Assembly (NCBI GenBank): GCA_040954595.2
Contig: CM082588.2
Coordinates: 2,702,144 to 2,766,143 of the forward strand
Source of the DNA: Balanoglossus misakiensis
Taxonomy: Eukaryota > Animalia > Hemichordata
Direction: 5' to 3'
DNA: 64,000 bases
The notes beneath the pieces were generated by a model that ran no database searches, was not told the DNA's origin, and saw nothing but the letters and a program-made list of their open reading frames with translations. Each line of letters opens with the position of its first letter. The stretch's first letter is position 1. The position numbers and the translations under genes are program-made. This document shows, one piece after another, positions 37,614-50,100 of this stretch.

Positions 37614-40600
37614 ATGATCAGCGGTGCAAATAAGAGTTTGCACCGCAGCTGTGCGAATAAGAGTTCCCTGCCGCCGCAACGATCTGACCGTTCTTTATTC
37701 ACTCCTCGGCGACAAAAACGTTTTATTACGGCCTAAATAACGACTTTTTCGCTCCTTGGTTGGTCATGCGGACGGAAAGACACGGTGTTAGCGAGTTTCT
37801 CTCTGCTGAGCACTCCGTATTCAGACTTGCCCAAGTGAACCGCGACAAAAAAATTGACCAAGTTTTTCTGCATGTTTCTTATACCCGACAGATAAAAAAC
37901 GCAGCGTAGATATGGAAATGAATTGATTTATGAAAATGATAAAAATTACAATGATGATGTCGTTAAAAGTTCTCACAAAAAAAAAGAAATAGAAAAAAAG
38001 TGGTCTCGAACCAACAACAGTTGACACCTTCAGGTAAAAGGCTAGCCTCCCTGAACCCTTCGCCATCACGATGTGTACTAGAAAAGCGGAAATTTTTCGC
38101 ACTATATTGCAGCATAACTCCACTGATCTTATTTGCACCGCAGCGGTGCAAATTCTTATTTGCACCGCAGCGGTGCAAATAAGAGTTTGCACCGCAGCGG
38201 TGCGAATAAGAGTTCCCTGCCGCCGCAACGATCTGACCGTTCTTTATTCACTCCTCGGCGACAAAAACGTTTTATTACGGCCTAAATAACGACTTTTTCG
38301 CTCCTTGGTTGGTCATGCGGACGGAAAGACACGGTGTTAGCGAGTTTCTCTCTGCTGAGCACTCCGTATTCAGACTTGCCCAAGTGAACCGCGACAAAAA
38401 AAATTGACCAAGTTTTTCTGCATGTTTCTTATACCCGACAGATAAAAAACGCAGCGTAGATATTGAAATGAATTGATTTATGAAAATGATAAAAATTACA
38501 ATGATGATGTCGTTAAAAGTTCTCACAAAAAAAAGAAATAGAAAAAAAGTGGTCTCGAACCAACAACAGTTGACACCTTCAGGTAAAAGGCTAGCCTCCC
38601 TGAACCCTTCGCCATCACGATGTGTACTAGAAAGCGGAAATTTTTCGCACTATATTGCAGCATAACTCCACTGATCTTATTTGCACCGCAGCGGTGCAAA
38701 TTCTTATTTGCACCGCAGCGGTGCAAATAAGAGTTTGCACCGCAGCGGTGCGAATAAGAGTTTCCTGCCGCCGCAACGATCTGACCGTTCTTTATTCACT
38801 CCTCGGCGACAAAAACGTTTTATTACGGCCTAAATAACGACTTTTTCGCTCCTTGGTTGGTCATGCGGACGGAAAGACACGGTGTTAGCGAGTTTATCTT
38901 TCTCTCTGCTGAGCACTCCGTATTCAGACTTGCCCAAGTGAACCGCGACAAAAAAATTGACCAAGTTTTTCTGCATGTTTCTTATACCCGACAGATAAAA
39001 AACGCAGCGTAGATATTGAAATGAATTGATTTATGAAAATGATAAAAATTACAATGATGATGTCGTTAAAAGTTCTCACAAAAAAAAGAAATAGAAAAAA
39101 AGTGGTCTCGAACCAACAACAGTTGACACCTTCAGGTAAAAGGCTAGCCTCCCTGAACCCTTCGCCATCACGATGTGTACTAGAAAGCGGAAATTTTTCG
39201 CACTATATTGCAGCATAACTCCACTGATCTTATTTGCACCGCAGCGGTGTAAATTCTTATTTGCACCGCAGCGGTGCAAATAAGAGTTTGCACCGCAGCG
39301 GTGCGAATAAGAGTTTCCTGCCGCCGCAACGATCTGACCGTTCTTTATTCACTCCTCGGCGACAAAAACGTTTTATTACGGCCTAAATAACGACTTTTTC
39401 GCTCCTTGGTTGGTCATGCGGACGGAAAGACACGGTGTTAGCGAGTTTATCTTTCTCTCTGCTGAGCACTCCGTATTCAGACTTGCCCAAGTGAACCGCG
39501 ACAAAAAAATTGACCAAGTTTTTCTGCATGTTTCTTATACCCGACAGATAAAAAACGCAGCGTAGATATTGAAATGAATTGATTTATGAAAATGATAAAA
39601 ATTACAATGATGATGTCGTTAAAAGTTCTCACAAAAAAAAGAAATAGAAAAAAAAGTGGTCTCGAACCAACAACAGTTGACACCTTCAGGTAAAAGGCTA
39701 GCCTCCCTGAACCCTTCGCCATCACGATGTGTACTAGAAAAGCGGAAATTTTTCGCACTATATTGCAGCATAACTCCACTGATCTTATTTGCACCGCAGC
39801 GGTGCAAATTCTTATTTGCACCGCAGCGGTGCAAATAAGAGTTTGCACCGCAGCGGTGCGAATAAGAGTTCCCTGCCGCCGCAACGATCTGACCGTTCTT
39901 TATTCACTCCTCGGCGACAAAAACGTTTTATTACGGCCTAAATAACGACTTTTTCGCTCCTTGGTTGGTCATGCGGACGGAAAGACACGGTGTTAGCGAG
40001 TTTCTCTCTGCTGAGCACTCCGTATTCAGACTTGCCCAAGTGAACCGCGACAAAAAAAATTGACCAAGTTTTTCTGCATGTTTCTTATACCCGACAGATA
40101 AAAAACGCAGCGTAGATATTGAAATGAATTGATTTATGAAAATGATAAAAATTACAATGATGATGTCGTTAAAAGTTCTCACAAAAAAAAGAAATAGAAA
40201 AAAAGTGGTCTCGAACCAACAACAGTTGACACCTTCAGGTAAAAGGCTAGCCTCCCTGAACCCTTCGCCATCACGATGTGTACTAGAAAGCGGAAATTTT
40301 TCGCACTATATTGCAGCATAACTCCACTGATCTTATTTGCACCGCAGCGGTGCAAATTCTTATTTGCACCGCAGCGGTGCAAATAAGAGTTTGCACCGCA
40401 GCGGTGCGAATAAGAGTTTCCTGCCGCCGCAACGATCTGACCGTTCTTTATTCACTCCTCGGCGACAAAAACGTTTTATTACGGCCTAAATAACGACTTT
40501 TTCGCTCCTTGGTTGGTCATGCGGACGGAAAGACACGGTGTTAGCGAGTTTATCTTTCTCTCTGCTGAGCACTCCGTATTCAGACTTGCCCAAGTGAACC

Positions 40601-43600
40601 GCGACAAAAAAATTGACCAAGTTTTTCTGCATGTTTCTTATACCCGACAGATAAAAAACGCAGCGTAGATATTGAAATGAATTGATTTATGAAAATGATA
40701 AAAATTACAATGATGATGTCGTTAAAAGTTCTCACAAAAAAAAAGAAATAGAAAAAAAGTGGTCTCGAACCAACAACAGTTGACACCTTCAGGTAAAAGG
40801 CTAGCCTCCCTGAACCCTTCGCCATCACGATGTGTACTAGAAAAGCGGAAATTTTCCGCACTATATTGCAGCATAACTCCAATGATCTTATTTGCACCGC
40901 AGCGGTGCAAATTCTTATTTGCACCGCAGCGGTGCAAATAAGAGTTTGCACCGCAGCGGTGCAAATAAGAGTTTCCTGCCGCCGCAACGATCTGACCGTT
41001 CTTTATTCACTCCTCGGCGACAAAAACGTTTTATTACGGCCTAAATAACGACTTTTTCGCTCCTTGGTTGGTCATGCGGACGGAAAGACACGGTGTTAGC
41101 GAGTTTATCTTTCTCTCTGCTGAGCACTCCGTATTCAGACTTGCCCAAGTGAACCGCGACAAAAAAATTGACCAAGTTTTTCTGCATGTTTCTTATACCC
41201 GACAGATAAAAAACGCAGCGTAGATATTGAAATGAATTGATTTATGAAAATGATAAAAATTACAATGATGATGTCGTTAAAAGTTCTCACAAAAAAAAGA
41301 AATAGAAAAAAAGTGGTCTCGAACCAACAACAGTTGACACCTTCAGGTAAAAGGCTAGCCTCCCTGAACCCTTCGCCATCACGATGTGTACTAGAAAGCG
41401 GAAATTTTTCGCACTATATTGCAGCATAACTCCACTGATCTTATTTGCACCGCAGCGGTGCGAATTCTTATTTGCACCGCAGCGGTGCAAATAAGAGTTT
41501 GCACCGCAGCGGTGCGAATAAGAGTTTCCTGCCGCCGCAACGATCTGACCGTTCTTTATTCACTCCTCGGCGACAAAAACGTTTTATTACGGCCTAAATA
41601 ACGACTTTTTCGCTCCTTGGTTGGTCATGCGGACGGAAAGACACGGTGTTAGCGAGTTTATCTTTCTCTCTGCTGAGCACTCCGTATTCAGACTTGCCCA
41701 AGTGAACCGCGACAAAAAAATTGACCAAGTTTTTCTGCATGTTTCTTATACCCGACAGATAAAAAACGCAGCGTAGATATTGAAATGAATTGATTTATGA
41801 AAATGATAAAAATTACAATGATGATGTCGTTAAAAGTTCTCACAAAAAAAAAGAAATAGAAAAAAAGTGGTCTCGAACCAACAACAGTTGACACCTTCAG
41901 GTAAAAGGCTAGCCTCCCTGAACCCTTCGCCATCACGATGTGTACTAGAAAAGCGGAAATTTTCCGCACTATATTGCAGCATAACTCCAATGATCTTATT
42001 TGCACCGCAGCGGTGCAAATTCTTATTTGCACCGCAGCGGTGCAAATAAGAGTTTGCACCGCAGCGGTGCAAATAAGAGTTTCCTGCCGCCGCAACGATC
42101 TGACCGTTCTTTATTCACTCCTCGGCGACAAAAACGTTTTATTACGGCCTAAATAACGACTTTTTCGCTCCTTGGTTGGTCATGCGGACGGAAAGACACG
42201 GTGTTAGCGAGTTTATCTTTCTCTCTGCTGAGCACTCCGTATTCAGACTTGCCCAAGTGAACCGCGACAAAAAAATTGACCAAGTTTTTCTGCATGTTTC
42301 TTATACCCGACAGATAAAAAACGCAGCGTAGATATTGAAATGAATTGATTTATGAAAATGATAAAAATTACAATGATGATGTCGTTAAAAGTTCTCACAA
42401 AAAAAAGAAATAGAAAAAAAAGTGGTCTCGAACCAACAACAGTTGACACCTTCAGGTAAAAGGCTAGCCTCCCTGAACCCTTCGCCATCACGATGTGTAC
42501 TAGAAAAGCGGAAATTTTCCGCACTATATTGCAGCATAACTCCAATGATCTTATTTGCACCGCAGCGGTGCAAATTCTTATTTGCACCGCAGCGGTGCAA
42601 ATAAGAGTTTGCACCGCAGCGGTGCAAATAAGAGTTTCCTGCCGCCGCAACGATCTGACCGTTCTTTATTCACTCCTCGGCGACAAAAACGTTTTATTAC
42701 GGCCTAAATAACGACTTTTTCGCTCCTTGGTTGGTCATGCGGACGGAAAGACACGGTGTTAGCGAGTTTATCTTTCTCTCTGCTGAGCACTCCGTATTCA
42801 GACTTGCCCAAGTGAACCGCGACAAAAAAATTGACCAAGTTTTTCTGCATGTTTCTTATACCCGACAGATAAAAAACGCAGCGTAGATATTGAAATGAAT
42901 TGATTTATGAAAATGATAAAAATTACAATGATGATGTCGTTAAAAGTTCTCACAAAAAAAAGAAATAGAAAAAAAAGTGGTCTCGAACCAACAACAGTTG
43001 ACACCTTCAGGTAAAAGGCTAGCCTCCCTGAACCCTTCGCCATCACGATGTGTACTAGAAAAGCGGAAATTTTTCGCACTATATTGCAGCATAACTCCAC
43101 TGATCTTATTTGCACCGCAGCGGTGCAAATTCTTATTTGCACCGCAGCGGTGCAAATAAGAGTTTGCACCGCAGCGGTGCGAATAAGAGTTCCCTGCCGC
43201 CGCAACGATCTGACCGTTCTTTATTCACTCCTCGGCGACAAAAACGTTTTATTACGGCCTAAATAACGACTTTTTCGCTCCTTGGTTGGTCATGCGGACG
43301 GAAAGACACGGTGTTAGCGAGTTTATCTTTCTCTCTGCTGAGCACTCCGTATTCAGACTTGCCCAAGTGAACCGCGACAACAAAATTGACCAAGTTTTTC
43401 TGCATGTTTCTTATACCCGACAGATAAAAAACGCAGCGTAGATATTGAAATGAATTGATTTATGAAAATGATAAAAATTACAATGATGATGTCGTTAAAA
43501 GTTCTCACAAAAAAAAGAAATAGAAAAAAAAGTGGTCTCGAACCAACAACAGTTGACACCTTCAGGTAAAAGGCTAGCCTCCCTGAACCCTTCGCCATCA

Positions 43601-44205
43601 CGATGTGTACTAGAAAAGCGGAAATTTTTCGCACTATATTGCAGCATAACTCCACTGATCTTATTTGCACCGCAGCGGTGTAAATTCTTATTTGCACCGC
43701 AGCGGTGCAAATAAGAGTTTGCACCGCAGCGGTGCGAATAAGAGTTCCCTGCCGCCGCAACGATCTGACCGTTCTTTATTCACTCCTCGGCGACAAAAAC
43801 GTTTTATTACGGCCTAAATAACGACTTTTTCGCTCCTTGGTTGGTCATGCGGACGGAAAGACACGGTGTTAGCGAGTGTATCTTTCTCTCTGCTGAGCAC
43901 TCCGTATTCAGACTTGCCCAAGTGAACCGCGACAAAAAAAAATGACCAAGTTTTTCTGCATGTTTCTTATACCCGACAGATAAAAAACGTAGCGTAGATA
44001 TTGAAATGAATTGGATTTATGAAAATGATAAAAATTACAATGATAATGTCGTTAAAAGTTCTCACAAAAAAAAAGAAATAGAAAAAAAAGTGGTCTCGAA
44101 CCAACAACAGTTGACACCTTCAGGTAAAAGGCTAGCCTCCCTGAACCCTTCGCCATCACGATGTGTACTAGAAAAGCGGAAATTTTTCGCACTATATTGC
44201 AGCAT
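37614..44205. repeat. Tandem array of 12 near-identical ~548-555-bp units (satellite or tandemised mobile element)
   Basis: The landmark GGTCTCGAACC occurs at 38002, 38551, 39104, 39658, 40207, 40761, 41315, 41869, 42424, 42979, 43534 and 44092. Each unit carries three TTTGCACCGCAGCGGTGC(A/G)AA palindromes; the cluster is partial in unit 1. Confidence 0.98.
37993..38072 (-). ncRNA. tRNA-like Pol III cassette (first of 12 copies, one per array unit); not a complete tRNA
   Basis: The minus strand reads ATCGTGA-TGGCGAAGGGT(A box-like)-TCAGGGAGGCTAGCCTTTTACCTGAAGGTGTCAACTGTTGTT-GGTTCGAGACC(B box)-AC-TTTTTTT. There is no 3' acceptor-stem strand. Transcription is not shown. Confidence 0.5.
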
Positions 44206-45224
44206 GAGCTGAGCTGAGCGTCTCACATTGCCACACCTGTTCCAAGAGTAGAGAGCGTAATTGACCAATCACAGGGGCCGCTGTCTACCAGCTTCAGCGT
44301 GTGGATTGTATTGACCAACCAGAATCGCCGGGGTCGGAATTAATTAGCTGAACTCTGTTGGTGACCCAGTTGATTGAAAACGCTTGTCTAGACATCAAAT
44401 TTAAATATATATTAAAAACGCGTACATTGCCAGACAGTTTGCACCTGCTGGTCAAAAGTTCGGAAGGTCAACGAAATGTGATTCAGTTCTTTCTGATAGG
44501 ATTTTTTTAATGTCGCCACCAACGGCTAGTACGGCAAATAGGGATGAACTAGGGGAAATATGACGTTTCGGATAGTGTTGGAGGTTTTAATGACGTCACT
44601 GACAATTGTTTGAACCAAAGGTTATCGCACATGCTGCAAAAATTAATTCGAAAACATTTTGCTAAGCAAATTTCCCCTCGTTTTCGGGTGATTTTAAATT
44701 TATTTTTATTTGTTTTACTATTGTGCGGTTGGGCAAAATTATGCAACGTGTTTGATATTTTTCCCCGCGAGAAAATTTATTCAAGACTATGGCTAAATTT
44801 GCATAGGCGACTGTCACGGTGACGTGCACCTTCCGGGGTTTTGAAGCGCGGCCGGATGGATAGTCCCCATACACACTGAAATTCGCTGAACTTTACAAAA
44901 ACATAGACATAGCGTAAGATTTTTACATGTGCTAAAATAAGCAAACACGCAAGTAACTTCGACCACGCCCTTCTTAATTATCTTGTGCACTCTACAGTAG
45001 CAGATGTTTACCTTAAGGCTTGAACTGGGCATTTCATTACTGTTTCAGATACATGTAACTGTATACCTAAAATATCTACTCTTCACGTATTAAAATAATA
45101 CATCTGCAGCTAGAATTCGCTAACGTGGCAGAAAGATTATTCGTGTATTTTAACATAATAGACCAATGGATATCGTCTTCTGTTTTGTAGGAAGCTAGGC
45201 ACTTTGCAGAAATTTGAGTTAAGC

Positions 45225-45490
45225 TAAACTTGGTGTTCACCGTCTCATTTTTTAATTAAAAAATCCCAAATTGACATTTCTCCATAGAATTAATATAGAG
45301 CGTTGCGACTCTTTTGAATTTCAGATCTGTGAAAATTTTTGCTCTCGCATTCAAAATAATTCACGGTAACGCCCAAAATTGAACTATCAATTTTAAGAGA
45401 GAATAATCTAAAGTTGCATGAGAAAAAACTGACTGTGAGCAAAATACATTATCGTCCAAGACACTCCCTCGGTGAGAAATTTAAAACTAT
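45225..45490. mobile_element. Degenerate fragment of a probable non-autonomous DNA transposon
   Basis: It resembles, from memory, a common hemichordate interspersed repeat (CTCCATAGA.TTAA.A.AG, TTTTGAATTTCA, CACGGT.AC.CC, TTTT.A.AGAGAAT). No termini were identified. Confidence 0.35.
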
Positions 45491-45816
45491 AGATAAAAAG
45501 CGTTGACGGGCATTAAACCTGTTACGGTACACTCAACTGCCCGCAGCGCCTAAAATCTGGAGATGATATCGCCATACGCGGGGCGTCATTTCATCAGATG
45601 CTCGTACAAGGTGCGTATCACCAGTGTCTTTCTGTTTTTTTGCAAGACTTTGACCACGATGCACATACATGTACTCTGAACCAATATCTTTAGAATTACT
45701 GCGATTCGCTCATGTAAGAGGCCAATACGTTCTTCAAATTGATTGTTATGTATTTCCGCGTATTCTCTTACAGCTTTTACTTGTAGCCCAAGACCAAAAG
45801 CCCAATCAGTGCAGTC

Positions 45817-46703
45817 ATGTCAACGATTGTGAGAATGTACGTCTGCGTTGTGATGGCAACGTTTGTTTCAGAAGCCACGGGAGTTCCCGGAGTGCTGCAC
45901 GCAAAACACTTTGATCACAGAAAAACACGAGATCTCACAGACGAGCCCCAAGATTCCCACTTCATCTTAGTAACTGCTTCCTTGGAGCTGGCAACTGGGA
46001 GTTACACGGGAGGGATAGAGTCGATGTCCGGTCCGATTCCCGGTACCGGTTCAACGAAAGACGTCGATATCGGCGGCGGCGTGCTGCTCGGAGTGAGCGA
46101 AGCAAATGAGCTGCAGACGAAGGAGTCCATGTCGACACCCGGCTGGCAAGTCGCTCCTAACGGCTGCTGCGTGATAAGTGTGGCTTGGTTCAATTCAAGT
46201 GGTGTATTAGTACTCGGTGTTAACGAAGACAGCATGATGGTTGCGCGGCAGTCTTTATCAGCCAGTTGGCAAGTGATAGACAGAAGCGGCGGGGTGGTTA
46301 CTGTTGTCGTGGCGCGTTTTACTATATACGCCCTGTCCAGTGACAGGCGCACCACCCTATATGCACAGCCCGGTCATTTTGAGTGGATAGATTTCCATGT
46401 GGCTGATGATGGTCCTCCTCTCGCCGACTTCACACCGGGGCCGGATAAAACCTTTGTTCCTCTGTTAGTGAACAACGTCTACCTGGCGATCTGTGCTTGG
46501 AATCTGACCACCACAACGAGTACAGACACAGGTGAGAAAAAGTGCCACATCAGAATGACATGAAATTTACAATACAAAACCAAATTTACAAATGTCTACC
46601 GACAAGTTCACTGTTGATTAACACTAACTGCTTGACTGCCACACCCATTTCTCCCGTTCGTTCGTTCCAGATGTTCTGTTGGTGGGGGTTAAAAATAAAC
46701 TAA

Positions 46704-46783
<80 letters not shown>

Positions 46784-49700
46784 TCTACGTTGTGTGCGGA
46801 TATACTAATAGTATTGAAATCGGAATTTTTTCGTAGAACCACCACTTCTGTTCGTGGGAACGGACGCTCAACTGTACTCGGGAAATGAACTTATAGACAA
46901 TATGAATCTTTTGGACACTGAACCGATCACTGATGTCGAAGTCCTGAGTACTGGGGATTTAATCGCCTTGGATACAGAGGGCAAATTGAAATCAAGAATA
47001 AGTGGCCAATGGACGGAGGCAATTTCAACTTCGTGCTGCGCGATTAGCGTGGCCGTCGGTGCTGGGGATACACTGGTCAGCGTCGGTACAGACAACAGTT
47101 TATACTCCTGGTCAAGTCAACAGTCATCCTGGGAAGGGCCGATACAACACAGTTATGGGGTCATAAAAGTGGCGGTGTCTCCGACCAAATCAGCGCTGTA
47201 CGGATTGACGTTGGAAGGCGACGGATTCGTTGTCGCGAAATTTCAAGAACCTTTCTGGGAAGTTGTCACATTCTCTACGGGTGAAATCTTCTGCGATTTC
47301 ACAATGCTAACCGCCTCATCATCGTATGTGATCCGTTTGGTAGAAGCACAGACAATGCCTATAAAGGTTGTAGCTGTTACCACTAATCCAGGCATTGGTC
47401 CTGCAAATTCACCACAAGGTTCAATATCATTATTATTTTGTCAACGTCGGTATTTTATTATAATTTTATGTCAGGATTCCGTTAGCGTCACTGGAATCGG
47501 TGAGGTCACCGCTTCCATTATTGGTTGTGTTATGTATGTTAGCGCCACATGTGTCAATATCCGTTATCATCGTCAATTTCTGCAATTTTGACGCAACCCG
47601 TATCAGCATGCTGATTGGCCAATTCATTTTCGATTCCAGGTGCAGTCAGAACATCTTTGTAACTAATGAGCATGTGGTGTAACGTTAGTGTTAACGGGAG
47701 TCAATTTCGTATGGGTGTTACCATTGTTGTCTGACTTTCTCTATCGTCTATTTATTATTCATTTTTTAGTACATTTCTTTTTGATATTTCCGAGCTCTTA
47801 TTTTACTTCAATCAACGAGTCATGCGTTTCGTTCATTTATACAGGTACAGAGCGCGAGGCAGATACCGACGGCACTGAATTTGAAAGCGGAGGTATGCAC
47901 AATCTAAGGTTATAGAAAATATCAGGATTGGGCACTTATGCCAGATCTCAATATTTACAATAACTGTTGATTCAATTAAGTGTTTCCTTTTTTTTTTCAT
48001 TTGACAATCTTACAAGTGAGAGTTCCTAGAGTTACTAAGCCATTCGTCTCCTTGTATTCGTCAGGAACTGGCGCAGATACAGACAGTAGTACCTCTAGAT
48101 TTGGAGGCGAAGGTATGCCCAATACTAAATATATAGTTCGAGAGATTTTCGTTTAGTTGTGGTTCATGCCTGCATGTCCAGCAAGTGACTTTGTTTCGTG
48201 AAACTTGATGTCGGTTCAACAGTTGGCTCTAGCCTTCACCCAGAGGCTGTCACTCGACAGGGGTACCCTTCAGAATTTGTCGTCCCACTTTGTTGCATCC
48301 CTGACTTTTATTTTATTGTATGTTTATTTCAAATTCACAGGTTCTGACGACAGTTTTCGTTTCGTATCCGAAGCAAGCACTAGTGGCTCAGACGCAGAGA
48401 ATTCATGTTCGTTGTTATATCTCACCTTACCACTGTCAGATAATTTTCATCGTAGTTTAGAATTATGCGGAGGGGGCGGCTAGCGCTGGTGGGCGGCTGG
48501 CTGGGTGTTTTAATGACTCTGACTGAAGCTTACATTCCTGCCAATCTTTTACCACTATCTTCCTTCAACTTCTTGCGTTTTCACACGTGAAAAAAACATA
48601 TACTCAAACTTTGTTTTCTCATTGACACAGTCCCTCAGGAAAGAGACTGTGTCATGAATAACTTGTGTTCATGTTAATTATGCTTTGAGAAAGATAAAGT
48701 CATTCCGTAGGCCAGGCTTAGAAAAATGTAGTACCTTATTGTGTATGTATAGGTACGTAGGCCATCGGTCACAACGCTATACATACATCTCTATTTTCAC
48801 ATTCTTCTCATAGCGCCAACTACGGTCGACAATCCAGTCCTCACTTCAATTGTCACTCAAACGCCGACAGCAGATCTACTGGCAGTTGGAAGCGACGGGA
48901 GTGCAGTCTACACTGGCAAGACTGTTGATAGAGGCACGTATGAATATGTCGGTGCACTTTTCATGGCAACCTTGTTGTATAATGATAGAGTTAGTGTGAT
49001 ATACGGTTCCGAATCGTCGGAGACCTTCGTGGATCTTTTATTGTAGTGATATGAATTTATTCGGTAATGGTGTTAATGTACAGTGTACTAAATTTCTGTA
49101 ATGCACGGTGCCTTGAAACTCCGTGTGCTTATATAAAATCGATTGCGTCATCCCCCCCCCCCCCCCCCAATATAGAAAACATGGCGATTAAGCGCATACA
49201 GTTAGAGGTCTAGGGTAAATTGTAAAGCGTGTTTGTTTTCATTCATTTTCTGTTGATTCTGTTTTTCCCAAGACAAGACAACAATTTCTGCTCGAGATGA
49301 TGATTACAGCGACAAAGCTATCCACCGATCGACGCCAGATTCACCAGAGAGCACAGGCACATTTCCCCATCAATCCAAAAACGACAACATGCTGATACCG
49401 GGACAAGCCTCAAAGTCTGGTATGATAGCTAATATTGGAAGCTACGGTTGTATCGCTCTTATTCAGTAAACAAGATATCGCCACTGGCAGCTCTCTACGA
49501 ACGAATGCGTACACCTGTTAAGCTTTCAGGACTGTTGATTGCTCATGCATTATTTTATCCAACGTGACTCAAACATCGTCTTGAGGCCGCCGCACACGAG
49601 GGAATTTTGAATAAAAAGGGTGAATTTTGCTCAGCAATTTTCTCTCGTGTACGGGCGATTTTTGGTGATTTCGTTTTACTTTTATGTCGTGGATCCTAAT

Positions 49701-50100
49701 ATCCACCGTGTTTGATATTTATTCATCGCCAGGAAAATTACTCAAAACTGCCACACACGAAAGAAATTCGCTGAGTAAAATCCCTGGAATGATTTTTGTT
49801 CATCTGCACCCTTCACATTACGTTGCATGTCTTTTTGTCTTTACCGAAAACCTGTGTTCTGGGGAATCGAATGTTCTGAGCCAAACCGTTACTTTTATTA
49901 CAGGAACTTCAAACTCTCTGACTATTATCGGAATTACTGTGGTTGCCGCGATCTCAGCGTATTTGATAGCATTCCTGAGAAGGAAATATCGAAAGGAGAA
50001 AGCTGAGGGCGCTACCAAAGCAGGAGGAAACAAATCTACGTGTTGGAGAAACAAGTTTTATGAGTTTTTCCATTCACGGAACAGACAACATTTTCGCTAA
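45817..50100 (+). CDS. Type I membrane protein with two tectonin/tachylectin-like beta-propeller-repeat modules and a Ser/Thr-rich stalk
   Basis: Signal peptide MSTIVRMYVCVVMATFVSEATG. Exons 45817-46531, 46837-47418, 47845-47892, 48065-48112, 48814-~48933, 49273-49419 and 49904-50100 (phase-1 introns; a possible extra exon at ~48341). Repeated W-x(4-6)-CC(V/A)ISVA...(G/S)VG?-DxxL...W motif. TM IIGITVVAAISAYLIAFL is followed by RRKYRK. AATAAA at ~50136. Confidence 0.7.
46709..46784. repeat. (TTTA)n microsatellite
   Basis: About 19 perfect tetranucleotide units, in an intron. Confidence 0.97.

Noticed and set aside
37993-38072. Functional tRNA, 5S rRNA or snRNA gene cluster
   Set aside because: There is no 3' acceptor strand or CCA-compatible end, the anticodon stem is poor, and I see no similarity to 5S or the U snRNAs. 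It is kept only as tRNA-like.
37821-43760. Recurrent 135-aa and 60-83-aa ORFs in the array
   Set aside because: They are broken by homopolymer indels in several units, mostly lack ATG starts, and their CTAAVQI repeats simply translate the DNA palindrome.
37614-44205. CRISPR array, suggested by the palindromic repeats
   Set aside because: The sequence between palindromes is the same in every unit (no unique spacers), the period is ~553 bp, there are no cas genes and the context is eukaryotic.
44260-44870. Possible transposon end to the right of the array (two TTGACCAA.CA motifs and a repeat-like segment)
   Set aside because: I could not identify matching termini or a target-site duplication by eye; a repeat-library search is needed.
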